Assembly: GCA_025453395.1 (NCBI GenBank)
Contig: JALOQK010000002.1
Span: 346,509 to 410,508, forward strand
Direction: 5' to 3'
DNA length: 64,000 bases
Source: Candidatus Omnitrophota bacterium
Lineage (GTDB): Bacteria; Omnitrophota; Gorgyraeia; Gygaellales; Profunditerraquicolaceae
Under the pieces are notes generated by a model. The model was not told the origin of the DNA, did no database searches, and worked only from the letters and a program-made list of their open reading frames with translations. How positions within the stretch are numbered: position 1 is the stretch's first letter; every line of letters starts with the position of its first letter. Below, piece by piece: positions 34,163 to 43,100 of this stretch. A program made the translations under genes and the position numbers.

Positions 34163-35966
34163 ATTCCTTCTGCCAGGATGTATCCTTAGGCATTTGTTTT
34201 TGCTCTTTTTTATCCAAAAGATACTGCCCGATGATCAAATAATCCATTTCTGTGCGCATAAAACACCTGAAGGCATCCTGCGGGCTCTCCACTAACGGCT
34301 CACCGCGCACATTAAAAGAAGTATTGATGATTACCGGGCATCCGGTTTTCTTGAAGAACGCGTTTATGGTGTCATAGTAAAGCGGATTATCGCTTCTTTT
34401 CACCGTCTGAACACGCGCGGAATAATCTACGTGGGTTACCGCCTGAACAATAGAGCGCTCTATCCTTAATTTATCAAAGCCATTTGCCTTTTCTAATTCC
34501 AGCGGATTGCCAGAGCGCTTTTCTTTTTTTAAATCTGCGACAAGCAGCATATACGGGCTTTCGCAATCCATTTCAAACCACTTTCCCGCCTCTTCACTTA
34601 ATACTGTGGGAGCAAATGGACGAAAAGATTCACGATATTTAATCTTAAGGTTCATTTTAGACTGCATTTGGGTGTTTCTGGCATCACCGATAATGCTTCT
34701 TGCGCCAAGGGCCCTTGGCCCATATTCCATCCTGCCCTGAAACCAGCCAATAATATTGCCGTTAATGATTAAATCCGCTGTTTTTTCCGGGATTTGCGCA
34801 AGATCTAGCTTATGATAAGGCACACTTTGAGTTTTCAGGAAATTTTCTACTTCCTCTTGGGCATATTCTGTCCCTAATAAAGACGATTTTTGACTATCGC
34901 TTACACTTTCTGGATTACGTGTTTTTCCTGAATAATTATGCCACCCCACCAAGGCTGCTCCCAATGCGCCCCCAGCGTCTCCGCTTGCCGGCTGGATCCA
35001 GATATTCTTGAAAATTCCCGCGCGTAATATCTTACCGTTACCGACACAATTTAAAGATACGCCTCCTGCCAAACAAAGATTCTCTTGCCCGGTAACTTGG
35101 CGCACATGACGCGCCATTTTAAGCATAATCTCTTCGGTAACCTGCTGGATTGACGCGGCAATATCCATATAATCTTGGGTAATTTTTGTTTCGGGCTTTC
35201 GCGGTAACATGCCAAATAACTTATCAAAGGCGCTGTTGGTCATTCTTAAGCCGTAGCCAAAGCCGAAATATTTCATATTCAGTTTAAAAGAGCCGTCATC
35301 TTTTAAATCTAAAAGCTTATCTCTAATTAAACAGGCAAACCTGGGTTCTCCATATGGGGCCAGCCCCATTAATTTGTATTCGCCGGAATTAACTTTAAAC
35401 CCGCAGAAATAAGTAAACGCCGAATACAACAAACCCAAAGAATGCGGAAAACGAAGATAAGAATTTATCTCTAAAGAATTCCCCTTGCCTGTGCCAAAAC
35501 TGGCGGTCTCCCACTCCCCAACCCCGTCCATAGTCAAAAATGCCGCGTTCTGGTAGGGCGAGGGATAAAACGCGCTGGCGGCATGCGCCTCGTGATGGCC
35601 GCAAAAAGCAATTTTACCCGTATATTCAAGCTTCTGGCGAATAATTTCCGGGATCCAAAGCTTCTGTTTTAACCATAAAGGCATTGCCTGCACAAATTGA
35701 CTTATTCCTAATGGCGCGTAAGAAAGCGAAGCTTCAAGAATCCTCTCAAATTTTATGAAGGGCTTCTCATAAAAAACGATTAAATCCACGTCTTTAATAG
35801 AGATACCGGCGTATTTTAAACAAAAGGCTAAAGCATGGGCAGGGAAACTAAAATCATGCTTTTTACGCGTAAAACGCTCTTCCTGCGCGGCGGCAATGAT
35901 TTTTCCGTCCTGCACAAGACAGCAGGCGCTATCGTGGTAAAAACATGAGATGCCTAATATATTCAT
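34149..35966 (-). CDS. carbamoyltransferase (NodU/CmcH/SxtI family)
   Basis: MNILGISCFYHDSACCLVQDGKIIAAAQEERFTRKKHD...FCGHHEAHAASAF is the Carbam_trans_N signature. The protein is 605 aa. Confidence 0.85.
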   Translation of the reverse strand: MNILGISCFYHDSACCLVQDGKIIAAAQEERFTRKKHDFSFPAHALAFCLKYAGISIKDVDLIVFYEKPFIKFERILEASLSYAPLGISQFVQAMPLWLKQKLWIPEIIRQKLEYTGKIAFCGHHEAHAASAFYPSPYQNAAFLTMDGVGEWETASFGTGKGNSLEINSYLRFPHSLGLLYSAFTYFCGFKVNSGEYKLMGLAPYGEPRFACLIRDKLLDLKDDGSFKLNMKYFGFGYGLRMTNSAFDKLFGMLPRKPETKITQDYMDIAASIQQVTEEIMLKMARHVRQVTGQENLCLAGGVSLNCVGNGKILRAGIFKNIWIQPASGDAGGALGAALVGWHNYSGKTRNPESVSDSQKSSLLGTEYAQEEVENFLKTQSVPYHKLDLAQIPEKTADLIINGNIIGWFQGRMEYGPRALGARSIIGDARNTQMQSKMNLKIKYRESFRPFAPTVLSEEAGKWFEMDCESPYMLLVADLKKEKRSGNPLELEKANGFDKLRIERSIVQAVTHVDYSARVQTVKRSDNPLYYDTINAFFKKTGCPVIINTSFNVRGEPLVESPQDAFRCFMRTEMDYLIIGQYLLDKKEQKQMPKDTSWQKEFELD

Positions 35967-36466
35967 TAAAGTTCGATTTTTTTAATGCCAAGCACGGCAC
36001 ACAGCCGGGCAAGCGTCCATAATGTAATATTCTTCCTGCCTTCTTCAATCTTGGAAATATCCGGCTGACGCATCCCTGTTTTAAGGGCCAATATTTTTTG
36101 GCTCCAACCAGCAGATATTCTTGCCTCTCTAATCAGATTGCCTATCTTTAGATAGAAAAAGGGTACAGACCCTTTTGGCATCCGCTTAGAATCATCTTGC
36201 CCCACAATCTGCTCATAAACAGCCTGCCACCAATTCCTAAAGTCGCTATTCTGCCCGTATTTTCTCCAATAAGTATTTATCTTAGGCCAAGTATCAACAA
36301 AGTCTTGTTTATGTATAATAGCAAAGACTTCTTTCGGCTTTTGACAGCGCGAAAGAAGATCAACTGCGCGCGGTATGAATTTCGGGTTATTTTTGTCTTT
36401 CAACGCGCCAGCTGCTTGCTTTAAGGTTTCCTGGTTTAAATTCCAGAAATATTTTGAAATGTTCAT
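35966..36466 (-). CDS. HTH (XRE-family) domain protein with an uncharacterised N-terminal domain; putative partner of the AbiEii-like protein
   Basis: The C-terminal HTH reads IGNLIREARISAGWSQKILALKTGMRQPDISKIEEG. Its ATG overlaps the upstream stop as ATGA. Confidence 0.55.
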   Translation of the reverse strand: MNISKYFWNLNQETLKQAAGALKDKNNPKFIPRAVDLLSRCQKPKEVFAIIHKQDFVDTWPKINTYWRKYGQNSDFRNWWQAVYEQIVGQDDSKRMPKGSVPFFYLKIGNLIREARISAGWSQKILALKTGMRQPDISKIEEGRKNITLWTLARLCAVLGIKKIEL

Positions 36467-37173
36467 TCCATGGCCTCTTTGATAAATTTCTTAATTTCAC
36501 TGTCCAGATGCGATATCATGTCACGGCTGTCAAATTTCTTATCATAGATGTCTAAATCCAAAAGAGATATTTTAAGGTCTCCCCGGGAAAACGACTGATA
36601 CCAGCTAACCATGCCCCGTTGAAAATTAGCAGGCATTTTCTTTAAGAATACATGAAGCGGCGTAACTTCGTTTGACAGATAATATACGTCAAAAGCATCC
36701 CGAGCCTGATTCCTGCCGGTAGAAATTTCTCTGCCTAATTGATCTTGGACAAAACCTGTTCCCGCGATAGAAGCGATCTTCTGATAATATATATCTTCTG
36801 CCGAATAAACAGGTATCCCGTCAAAATGCAATATTTTTGGTTTCTTTAAGAGAACCTCTTCAACAAAATCAATCTTTAACGCTTTTTTGCCAGCGCCGCC
36901 AGAAAGAGAAAAAAACTTAACTCTGGCACTAAACGGTAAAACCATTTCCGAAACTAACTTGACCTTTACCCCTGTTTGCTTCTTAAAAACAGAAATTATG
37001 TCCCGGATTTCCTTTTCGCTAAATTTTACGGAGAATAAATCAAGGTCAAAAGAAAAACGGTGCTTAAGATAAAATAATTCCAATGCCGTCCCACCGGCAA
37101 GAGCAAAACAGCCCGCGCAGGTTGAGAATGCTTTTAATATGCTTTTCTGAAAATCCCGTATTTGACTATCCAT
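36463..37173 (-). CDS. nucleotidyltransferase of the AbiEii/AbiGii (DUF1814) toxin family
   Basis: The N-terminal FALAGGTALELFYLKHRFSFDLDLF is the GG[ST]AL...R.S.DLD signature. The protein is 236 aa. Confidence 0.6.
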   Translation of the reverse strand: MDSQIRDFQKSILKAFSTCAGCFALAGGTALELFYLKHRFSFDLDLFSVKFSEKEIRDIISVFKKQTGVKVKLVSEMVLPFSARVKFFSLSGGAGKKALKIDFVEEVLLKKPKILHFDGIPVYSAEDIYYQKIASIAGTGFVQDQLGREISTGRNQARDAFDVYYLSNEVTPLHVFLKKMPANFQRGMVSWYQSFSRGDLKISLLDLDIYDKKFDSRDMISHLDSEIKKFIKEAME

Positions 37174-37220
37174 CTCTATAGTTTATAAGTTATATTCAAT
37201 ATAGAGTATATACTATAGCA
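37174..37220. promoter_or_regulatory. nested inverted repeats immediately upstream of the AbiEii-like start; candidate operator
   Basis: ctatagtttata ... tatatactatag gives 10 of 12 positions of dyad symmetry. The inner segment tatattcaatata is a near-palindrome. Confidence 0.4.
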
Positions 37221-37308
37221 GGCATATTGTCAAGTTTTAATTCCCCTATTGTCCTGCCCCATAAAAAAGCTCAATTTTAGAAACTTAATTATAACAGAAA
37301 TAAAAAGA

Positions 37309-38268
37309 TTATAATAGGAAATTCTGCAGAAAATTGAATAAATATCCGGTAAGAATAATTGCCAAGGCGGTAACGGCAAAAAATATAGCGATAAGCTCTA
37401 AACGCATGGCGCGCCTTAACATTACAGCTTCAGGAAAGCTTAACGCGGATACTGCCATCATAAAAGAAAGCACGGTACCCAGAGGAAACCCTTTCTCAAA
37501 TAAAGCCACTGCCACAGGCACAATCGCGGCGCAGCTGCCATAAAGAGGCACCCCGATCAAGGTAGCTATCGGAACCGAAAATAAGCCGGTCTTCCCGATA
37601 ACATGCTCTATATTTTCTTTGGGAATATAATTGTGTATCAAAGCGCCAATGCCTACCCCGATCAATACCCAAAACCAGATTTTCCTGGTAATGGAAAACG
37701 CTTCACTTAGGCCAAAATCCAGACGGCTTTTAAAACTAGAATAAGAAATCTTATCCTGCTTAATATCCTCCTGGCTTGAAAAATCTTTTTCTAAATGGCG
37801 CTCCAGTTTCATCTTTCCCAGAACATAACCAGATACAATTCCAATAACCAAGCCGCTTAAAACATAAGCTAAGGCGATCTTCCAACCAAAGAATCCAAGC
37901 ATTAAAACTACAAGGTATTCATTGATTATGGGCGAAGTAACAAGAAAGGAAAAAGTGATCCCCAACGGAATGCCTGCCTTAATAAAGCTTATAAATATGG
38001 GGATTGACGAACAAGAGCAAAATGGAGTAACCGCCCCGAATAAAGCGGAAAAGAAATACCCGAAAAGCCCTCTTTTAGCCAGCCATTGTTTAATCGTATT
38101 TTGCGCGATGTAAGTGCGCAAGACTCCGATTACGCTGATCATGGCAAAAAGAAGAAATATTATCTTCAGCGAATCATAGAGAAAGAAATTTACTGCTTGC
38201 GCCCATAGAGCTTCAGGAGGCAGGCGTAAAACTGAATAGGTCAGCCTGTCTATTAAGGATTGCAGCAC
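37309..38268 (-). CDS. permease of the DUF318/ArsP-like family
   Basis: TPFCSCSSIPIF is the signature motif, and the protein has about 8 transmembrane segments. It has a GTG start. Confidence 0.6.
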   Translation of the reverse strand: MLQSLIDRLTYSVLRLPPEALWAQAVNFFLYDSLKIIFLLFAMISVIGVLRTYIAQNTIKQWLAKRGLFGYFFSALFGAVTPFCSCSSIPIFISFIKAGIPLGITFSFLVTSPIINEYLVVLMLGFFGWKIALAYVLSGLVIGIVSGYVLGKMKLERHLEKDFSSQEDIKQDKISYSSFKSRLDFGLSEAFSITRKIWFWVLIGVGIGALIHNYIPKENIEHVIGKTGLFSVPIATLIGVPLYGSCAAIVPVAVALFEKGFPLGTVLSFMMAVSALSFPEAVMLRRAMRLELIAIFFAVTALAIILTGYLFNFLQNFLL

Positions 38269-38411
38269 GAATCATCCTTTTCTTCTTTCTTGCCCGCACA
38301 ACAACACGGTTGTTTCTTGGCCTGCTCCTGCATTTTTTTATCCAAGCTCTGCATTAATCTGGCCCAGAACCCTTTTTTAACATTTGCCGCATTATTCTTG
38401 TTTTCCATCAT
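38254..38411 (-). CDS. small Cys-rich peptide (MMENKNNAANVKKGFWARLMQSLDKKMQEQAKKQPCCCAGKKEEKDDSCCNP); not in the ORF track
   Basis: A strong SD sequence (GAGGAGG) lies directly upstream. The ORF ends 14 nt inside the permease ORF in a different frame. Confidence 0.35.
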
Positions 38412-38441
38412 ATTCCTCCTCTAGATATGCGCACCTTATTC

Positions 38442-38654
38442 TTAGTTAGCCCTATAGACATCTCTGCGATGCCACACCTTAACGATATAAACAATCAAGA
38501 TTTTATCCTCAATAGAATAGAGAATGCGGTAATTCCCACAGCGGACACGATATTTTTCCCCAGCGGATAATTTCTTGCAATCGTACGGGCGAGGGTTTTC
38601 GGAAAGAGACTCAATAGCCGCGGATTTTTTAATCTCTACCTTATATCTTCCCAT
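38442..38654 (-). CDS. type II toxin, RelE/ParE family
   Basis: YRILYSIEDKILIVYIVKVWHRRDVY is the RelE/ParE C-terminal signature. It overlaps the upstream antitoxin gene by 14 nt. Confidence 0.75.
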   Translation of the reverse strand: MGRYKVEIKKSAAIESLSENPRPYDCKKLSAGEKYRVRCGNYRILYSIEDKILIVYIVKVWHRRDVYRAN

Positions 38655-38874
38655 CGGCTTTTAGTTTCTTCAAGAGTGCTTCGTAAGATATGGTTGGTTC
38701 TTTGGCCCTTTTGGCAAATACAGCCAAATCTTCCTGGTCTTCTGCTAGTTCATGGCGGATAGCCGCATTAACAATATCGGAAATAGACTGGTCGGTTTCA
38801 ATGGCCATAAACTTAAGCACTCTGTGGATTGCCGGGTCAAAATATATGGTAGAACGTTTTGTTAACATATTCAT
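38641..38874 (-). CDS. type II antitoxin (ribbon-helix-helix / ParD-CopG-like)
   Basis: TIYFDPAIHRVLKFMAIETDQSISDIVNAAI fits an N-terminal beta-strand followed by helices. A GGAGG sequence lies upstream. Confidence 0.6.
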   Translation of the reverse strand: MNMLTKRSTIYFDPAIHRVLKFMAIETDQSISDIVNAAIRHELAEDQEDLAVFAKRAKEPTISYEALLKKLKADGKI

Positions 38875-38905
38875 TCCTCCTTTATCTTACGAGGAAAGAA
38901 TAGCA

Positions 38906-38937
38906 TCATAATGTCATAATGTCATAATGTCAAGATG
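38906..38937. promoter_or_regulatory. octamer direct repeats (TCATAATG x3 plus TCAAGATG) upstream of the antitoxin; candidate operator
   Basis: The DNA reads tcataatgtcataatgtcataatgtcaagatg. It lies 32-65 nt upstream of the start codon at 38874. Confidence 0.5.
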
Positions 38938-38967
38938 TTTCATGTCTGCCGGCAGGCACACTTCAAG

Positions 38968-39228
38968 CTATCTATAAATTTCCTTTCTATGGCCCAAGTC
39001 AATAATGTAGATTACCGGCTTGTTTTTCTGAATCATATAAATAACCCTATAATCTCCTATGCGAAGTGAATATGCGCCAAAAAGCCTTCCTTTTAAGCTT
39101 TTCCCCTGCAAGGGATTTATTTTGAGGCCTTCTATTGCGGTTATCAAGCGGGAATAGAGTTTTTTATCAATTGTATAAATCTTCTCAAGCTGTTTGGATG
39201 CGCTATGAGAAAATTCGATTTTATACAT
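38968..39228 (-). CDS. type II toxin, RelE/ParE family (second module)
   Basis: ...RLFGAYSLRIGDYRVIYMIQKNKPVIYIIDLGHRKEIY matches the family. The gene overlaps the upstream Phd gene by 8 nt. Confidence 0.75.
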   Translation of the reverse strand: MYKIEFSHSASKQLEKIYTIDKKLYSRLITAIEGLKINPLQGKSLKGRLFGAYSLRIGDYRVIYMIQKNKPVIYIIDLGHRKEIYR

Positions 39229-39502
39229 TTGCCTTCTTCTCTAATTTGCGGCGCAACTGCTCCATTGATATAGTTTTACCCGCGGCTATTTCCTTTTTTG
39301 CTTTTCGGATCCGTTTTACCGCATCTTTATCAGAAAGGATTTCAATTGTTTCAAGTAAACCTTCGAAATCATCCGGGTTTATCATTACCGCGACTGGCCT
39401 TCCTCTTTTAATCACAACATAGCGGTCTAGTCTGGAGTCAATATTCTTGATAACCGCCGGTAACTCCGGCCGCAGCTTCTTTAAACTGATCGTATTTACC
39501 AT
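39221..39502 (-). CDS. type II antitoxin, Phd/YefM family
   Basis: ...IDSRLDRYVVIKRGRPVAVMINPDDFEGLLETIEILSD matches the family. I chose the ATG at 39502, which has GGAGG 8 nt upstream. The ORF track uses GTG at 39511. Confidence 0.72.
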   Translation of the reverse strand: MVNTISLKKLRPELPAVIKNIDSRLDRYVVIKRGRPVAVMINPDDFEGLLETIEILSDKDAVKRIRKAKKEIAAGKTISMEQLRRKLEKKANV

Positions 39503-39517
39503 ACTTTTCACCTCCAG

Positions 39518-39547
39518 ACAAAGTATACACTATTATGTATACTTTGT
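39518..39547. promoter_or_regulatory. perfect 10-bp inverted repeat (caaagtatac N7 gtatactttg); candidate Phd/RelE operator
   Basis: The DNA reads acaaagtatacactattatgtatactttgt. It lies immediately upstream of the Phd start codon. Confidence 0.5.
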
Positions 39548-39655
39548 CAAAACCTTTTGATAAACTCCAAAAGGTTACCGAATTATTGAGCTAGTACAAC
39601 CGTCCCCTTTATTCTTGCAAATCCGCTGGTAGCACATCCAATCAAGCCTAAGCAC

Positions 39656-39686
39656 AAAAAAAATTAATGCTCTTTTCAGCATTTTC
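39656..39686 (-). terminator. weak intrinsic terminator after the rhs-immunity operon
   Basis: On the minus strand the hairpin aatgctgaaaagagcatt is followed by U8. The stem is AT-rich, so it is marginal. Confidence 0.35.
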
Positions 39687-39745
39687 ATTTTCAGGAACGA
39701 CTCAGAGACGGTATCCCGAACAAAACGGAAACCGTATGTATCTTT

Positions 39746-40141
39746 TTATTTTTCTCTTAATACAGAGGTAATATCTCCATAACTACCTGTGCCATAAATC
39801 CCATACCATCTTCCGAAACGTTCATATTTCGAAAGTAAACCATCAGTAAAAGTTACGCGAGATTTTTCCCCGGTTTCTGGCTCAGTAAAATATATAACGT
39901 TTCCCTCCTCTTTCGTAATATAATCGCGGAATAAATTCTTAAAATCATCGATGGTCATGCCTACATAAATTTTTGTTTCAATATTGTTTCGCCAAAATTG
40001 TTCTCGCTTATTCGCTTCTTTCACTGATTCATCTACCTGCCTTTTTGCCCTATCTGTTAATGTTTTATCGATCTTTTCCATTGAATAACAAGGGACCAGG
40101 TTAATAGTTAAAAAAATAATTACAAATAATAATTCCCTCAT
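39746..40141 (-). CDS. putative Rhs immunity protein (131 aa, signal peptide)
   Basis: Its ATG overlaps the rhs stop codon as ATGA. MRELLFVIIFLTINLVPCYS looks like a signal peptide. I recognised no domain. The call rests on its position after the toxin C-terminal domain. Confidence 0.45.
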   Translation of the reverse strand: MRELLFVIIFLTINLVPCYSMEKIDKTLTDRAKRQVDESVKEANKREQFWRNNIETKIYVGMTIDDFKNLFRDYITKEEGNVIYFTEPETGEKSRVTFTDGLLSKYERFGRWYGIYGTGSYGDITSVLREK

Positions 40142-43100
40142 TTTTTATCTACCTCTGCATTGGCGATTCCAGACATTCCAAATCCACCATTAATACCGTA
40201 TATAGAAGTTGAAATAACATAAGAAGAGGTTCCTTGGGATAAAGTCGCACCAAATGCGCCTGCTGCGCTCATGCCCCCTGCCATCAAGCTATTGAATGTA
40301 GCCTGATGACAAGTTGCAGTCCAAGGCATAGCATAAATTGCTCCCTTTAACGGTGATATTAACGAAGTATTAACTGCTGAATCCCATAGCTTACCATTAA
40401 AATTTACTAAAGCTGCGGTGTGTCTTATATTCAATGCTGACATTACTTGTTCTACGCCTGGCGTGCCTTTAAAAGCTATATCAGAAGCAACGAGACCTTG
40501 TTGTGTGTAATCAAATTTTGCCGTTAAACTTGAGCCATCTTCAACAGTCGATTTAAGATAATTCGCAGAAGAACCTCCTCTTCCTAATTTAATATCTTTT
40601 CCAAGGTCAGCAAATTCACCGCCTTGATTTTCTGGCTTAGTATAATTGGGGCCGCTAGTATTAGCAGGCATCGTTATGGAAGACAATCCCATAAAAATAC
40701 CAGAAGCAAGAACGGTATGTGACACTAATGACGAAAAGAAGTTCGCAACTCCCGGCGGCATTCCCAAAATATCATCAAAGACTTCTTTCCCAAGCCATTT
40801 AGTAAATTTCCTACCCTCTCCGGTGCCTAATATCCCTGAAGCCCCGGCTGCCGAAGCTCCAACAGTGCCTGCTACGTTCATAAAGCCATATTGCGCGATT
40901 AATGGAGCAAAAGACGGCATGAAGAAGACAGTAACCACTGCAGCTATAAAACTAATTACTGGCTGAAATATTGCCTTCCAGAACTTACTAAACCAGCTAT
41001 GTCCGGTAGGATCCACATAATTCAGCGGATTATTCCTGCAATAGCTGTATCTGTTCAACGATTGGGGGTCGTAGGGAGCTTGGACGATGGTGTCGGTGGT
41101 GATGAAGCGGCCGATCTCTGGATCATAATACCGTGCGCCGTAGAAGTAGAGTCCGCTTGCGTCCAGTTCCTTGCCGGTGAACTTATGGGTTACCAGAGAT
41201 GAAGGACGAGAGACGATGGACGAAGCAACTTGTCCATAGGGCATGTATTCATAATGTTCAGCCAAATTCCCATTTGCATCAGTAATTACATTAGAGCTTC
41301 CTAAATGGTCAGAATGATAGAAGGATACGTCTTTCGTCCCTCCTCCCTCATTCTTCGTAACCGTGCATACACGATTAGCTCCAGCAAAGATATGCTTAAC
41401 TATTGCTTTTGGACTATCGGTTGTGGAGCGCACTTCATACAATGAGCCGATATAAGTTGTGAGGTCTGCTTTTCCGGTATTGTCATAAGTTGACTTACGA
41501 ACTCTTCCTCCATCGCCGTCATACATGTAATCTTCGGTCCAGGGGCCATTTACTACATGGGTGAGGCGATTTTCCAGATCGTAGATTAATCTTCTTCCTT
41601 TATGAGAGATCATGTTGCCATTGGCATCGTAATCATAGGAATAGCCGTTGGCAGAAGTAACTGCGTGCGGCCGTGAGCTTTCATAGCGCATTTCACCTAT
41701 GTCTGACTTATAGGTCATATTTCCGATTGCATCATAGCGGAAATAAAAATCAGTGTATCCGCCTTGTGGGCTTGGGGTATTGCGGGCTTGGATTAATCTG
41801 TCCAAATCATCATAATCATATTGCCTTATATTTGAGGTAAGGTTATCAGTTAAGGTAGTAATGTTACCGTTTGAATCAAAGTCGTAGTTTAGGTCTTGTA
41901 GATTTGTCTGTCCTCTGACTTCTGTCGTCTGGATTCTGGATAGCCGTAAATCTTGCCCGTAGGTATATTCGGTTTTGGTATTATTTCCGTAAGAAATATT
42001 TTTAATTTGTCCTTTGGCATTGTAGGTTATATCTTTGACATAAGTGTTGGTATTATTATAAACTTTTTCCAAAAGCCCTGAATTTGTATCATAGGCATAG
42101 TTAACCACCTCACCATCAGGATAGGTAAGCTTGGTTAAGCGGTCTAAGATGTCGTATTCGCGCTCTACTGTATAAGAGAAGCTGTCGGTGTCATTGATGG
42201 TCTTAGTGGATTTGGTTTCTCTTCCTAAGATGTCATAGAAAAATTCAGTTTTAGAGTATCCATCATTTACTTTGGAGAGTCTTCCTATGCAATTTGGTTT
42301 TGAGGTATCATCATATATATAGCTAACTTCTGACTTCTGTCCTCCGACATCTGACATCTGCTTGTTTACTAATCTATTAAGAACATCATATTCAAAAGTT
42401 ATTACTTGGTTTTTGGCATCAGTTTGTTTGACAAGGTTACCTAGTTCATCATATTCATAACTCCATGTTCCCATATCCGGGTCAATCATCTTTAGTTTTT
42501 TTCCGGAAGAGTCATAGAATATCTGGGTAATATTTCCGTAGTGGTCAGTAGTCTTGATAAGGTTATTCTGGATATCGTAGTCGTATTTGGTTTTAAATAT
42601 TCCATCGGAAGTAAATTCTGTAATTTCAATGGGATTACCGTTAATATCTTTGAGGGTTCCTTTTCGTTTGCCGCGCGGGTCAGTAGTTTCGGTGTAAACA
42701 GGTGTAATATAACTAACACTAGCTTCGGCGTCCTTTAGGGTACCCGGGAAGTCAGATATGGTTTTCTTAACTCTGCCGCGGATATCGTATTCATAGACAA
42801 TGTAAGAAATATTATCTTCGGATTCATCTATGTAATGGGCTAAGGATTCCTTTTCGTTTAGGCCTCTATTGTTAAAATATACTTCGCTAGTTACTTCTCT
42901 TGGGCCTGTTCCATCCTCACCTTGTGAAACAGTCTTGTATTTTCTGCCTAAACCGTCAATATATTCCTTGCTGTAGAATCCGCCGGGCTTGGTAGTTATC
43001 TTGGTATTGAAATCTGGATAACTGTAACTAGTAGTTATTTCATCTTTAGCGTTTTTAACGTATTCTACTCTTCCCAAGGAATCATAAGAAGTCCGGGTAA

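Noticed and set aside
38906-38937. Possibility that the octamer or heptamer direct repeats (38906-38937, 26639-26673, 47044-47078, 51328-51362) represent a CRISPR array
   Set aside because: The repeat units are 7-8 nt and contiguous, with no spacers, and the arrays span only about 35 nt. CRISPR repeats are 24-48 nt and are separated by unique spacers. No cas genes are present.
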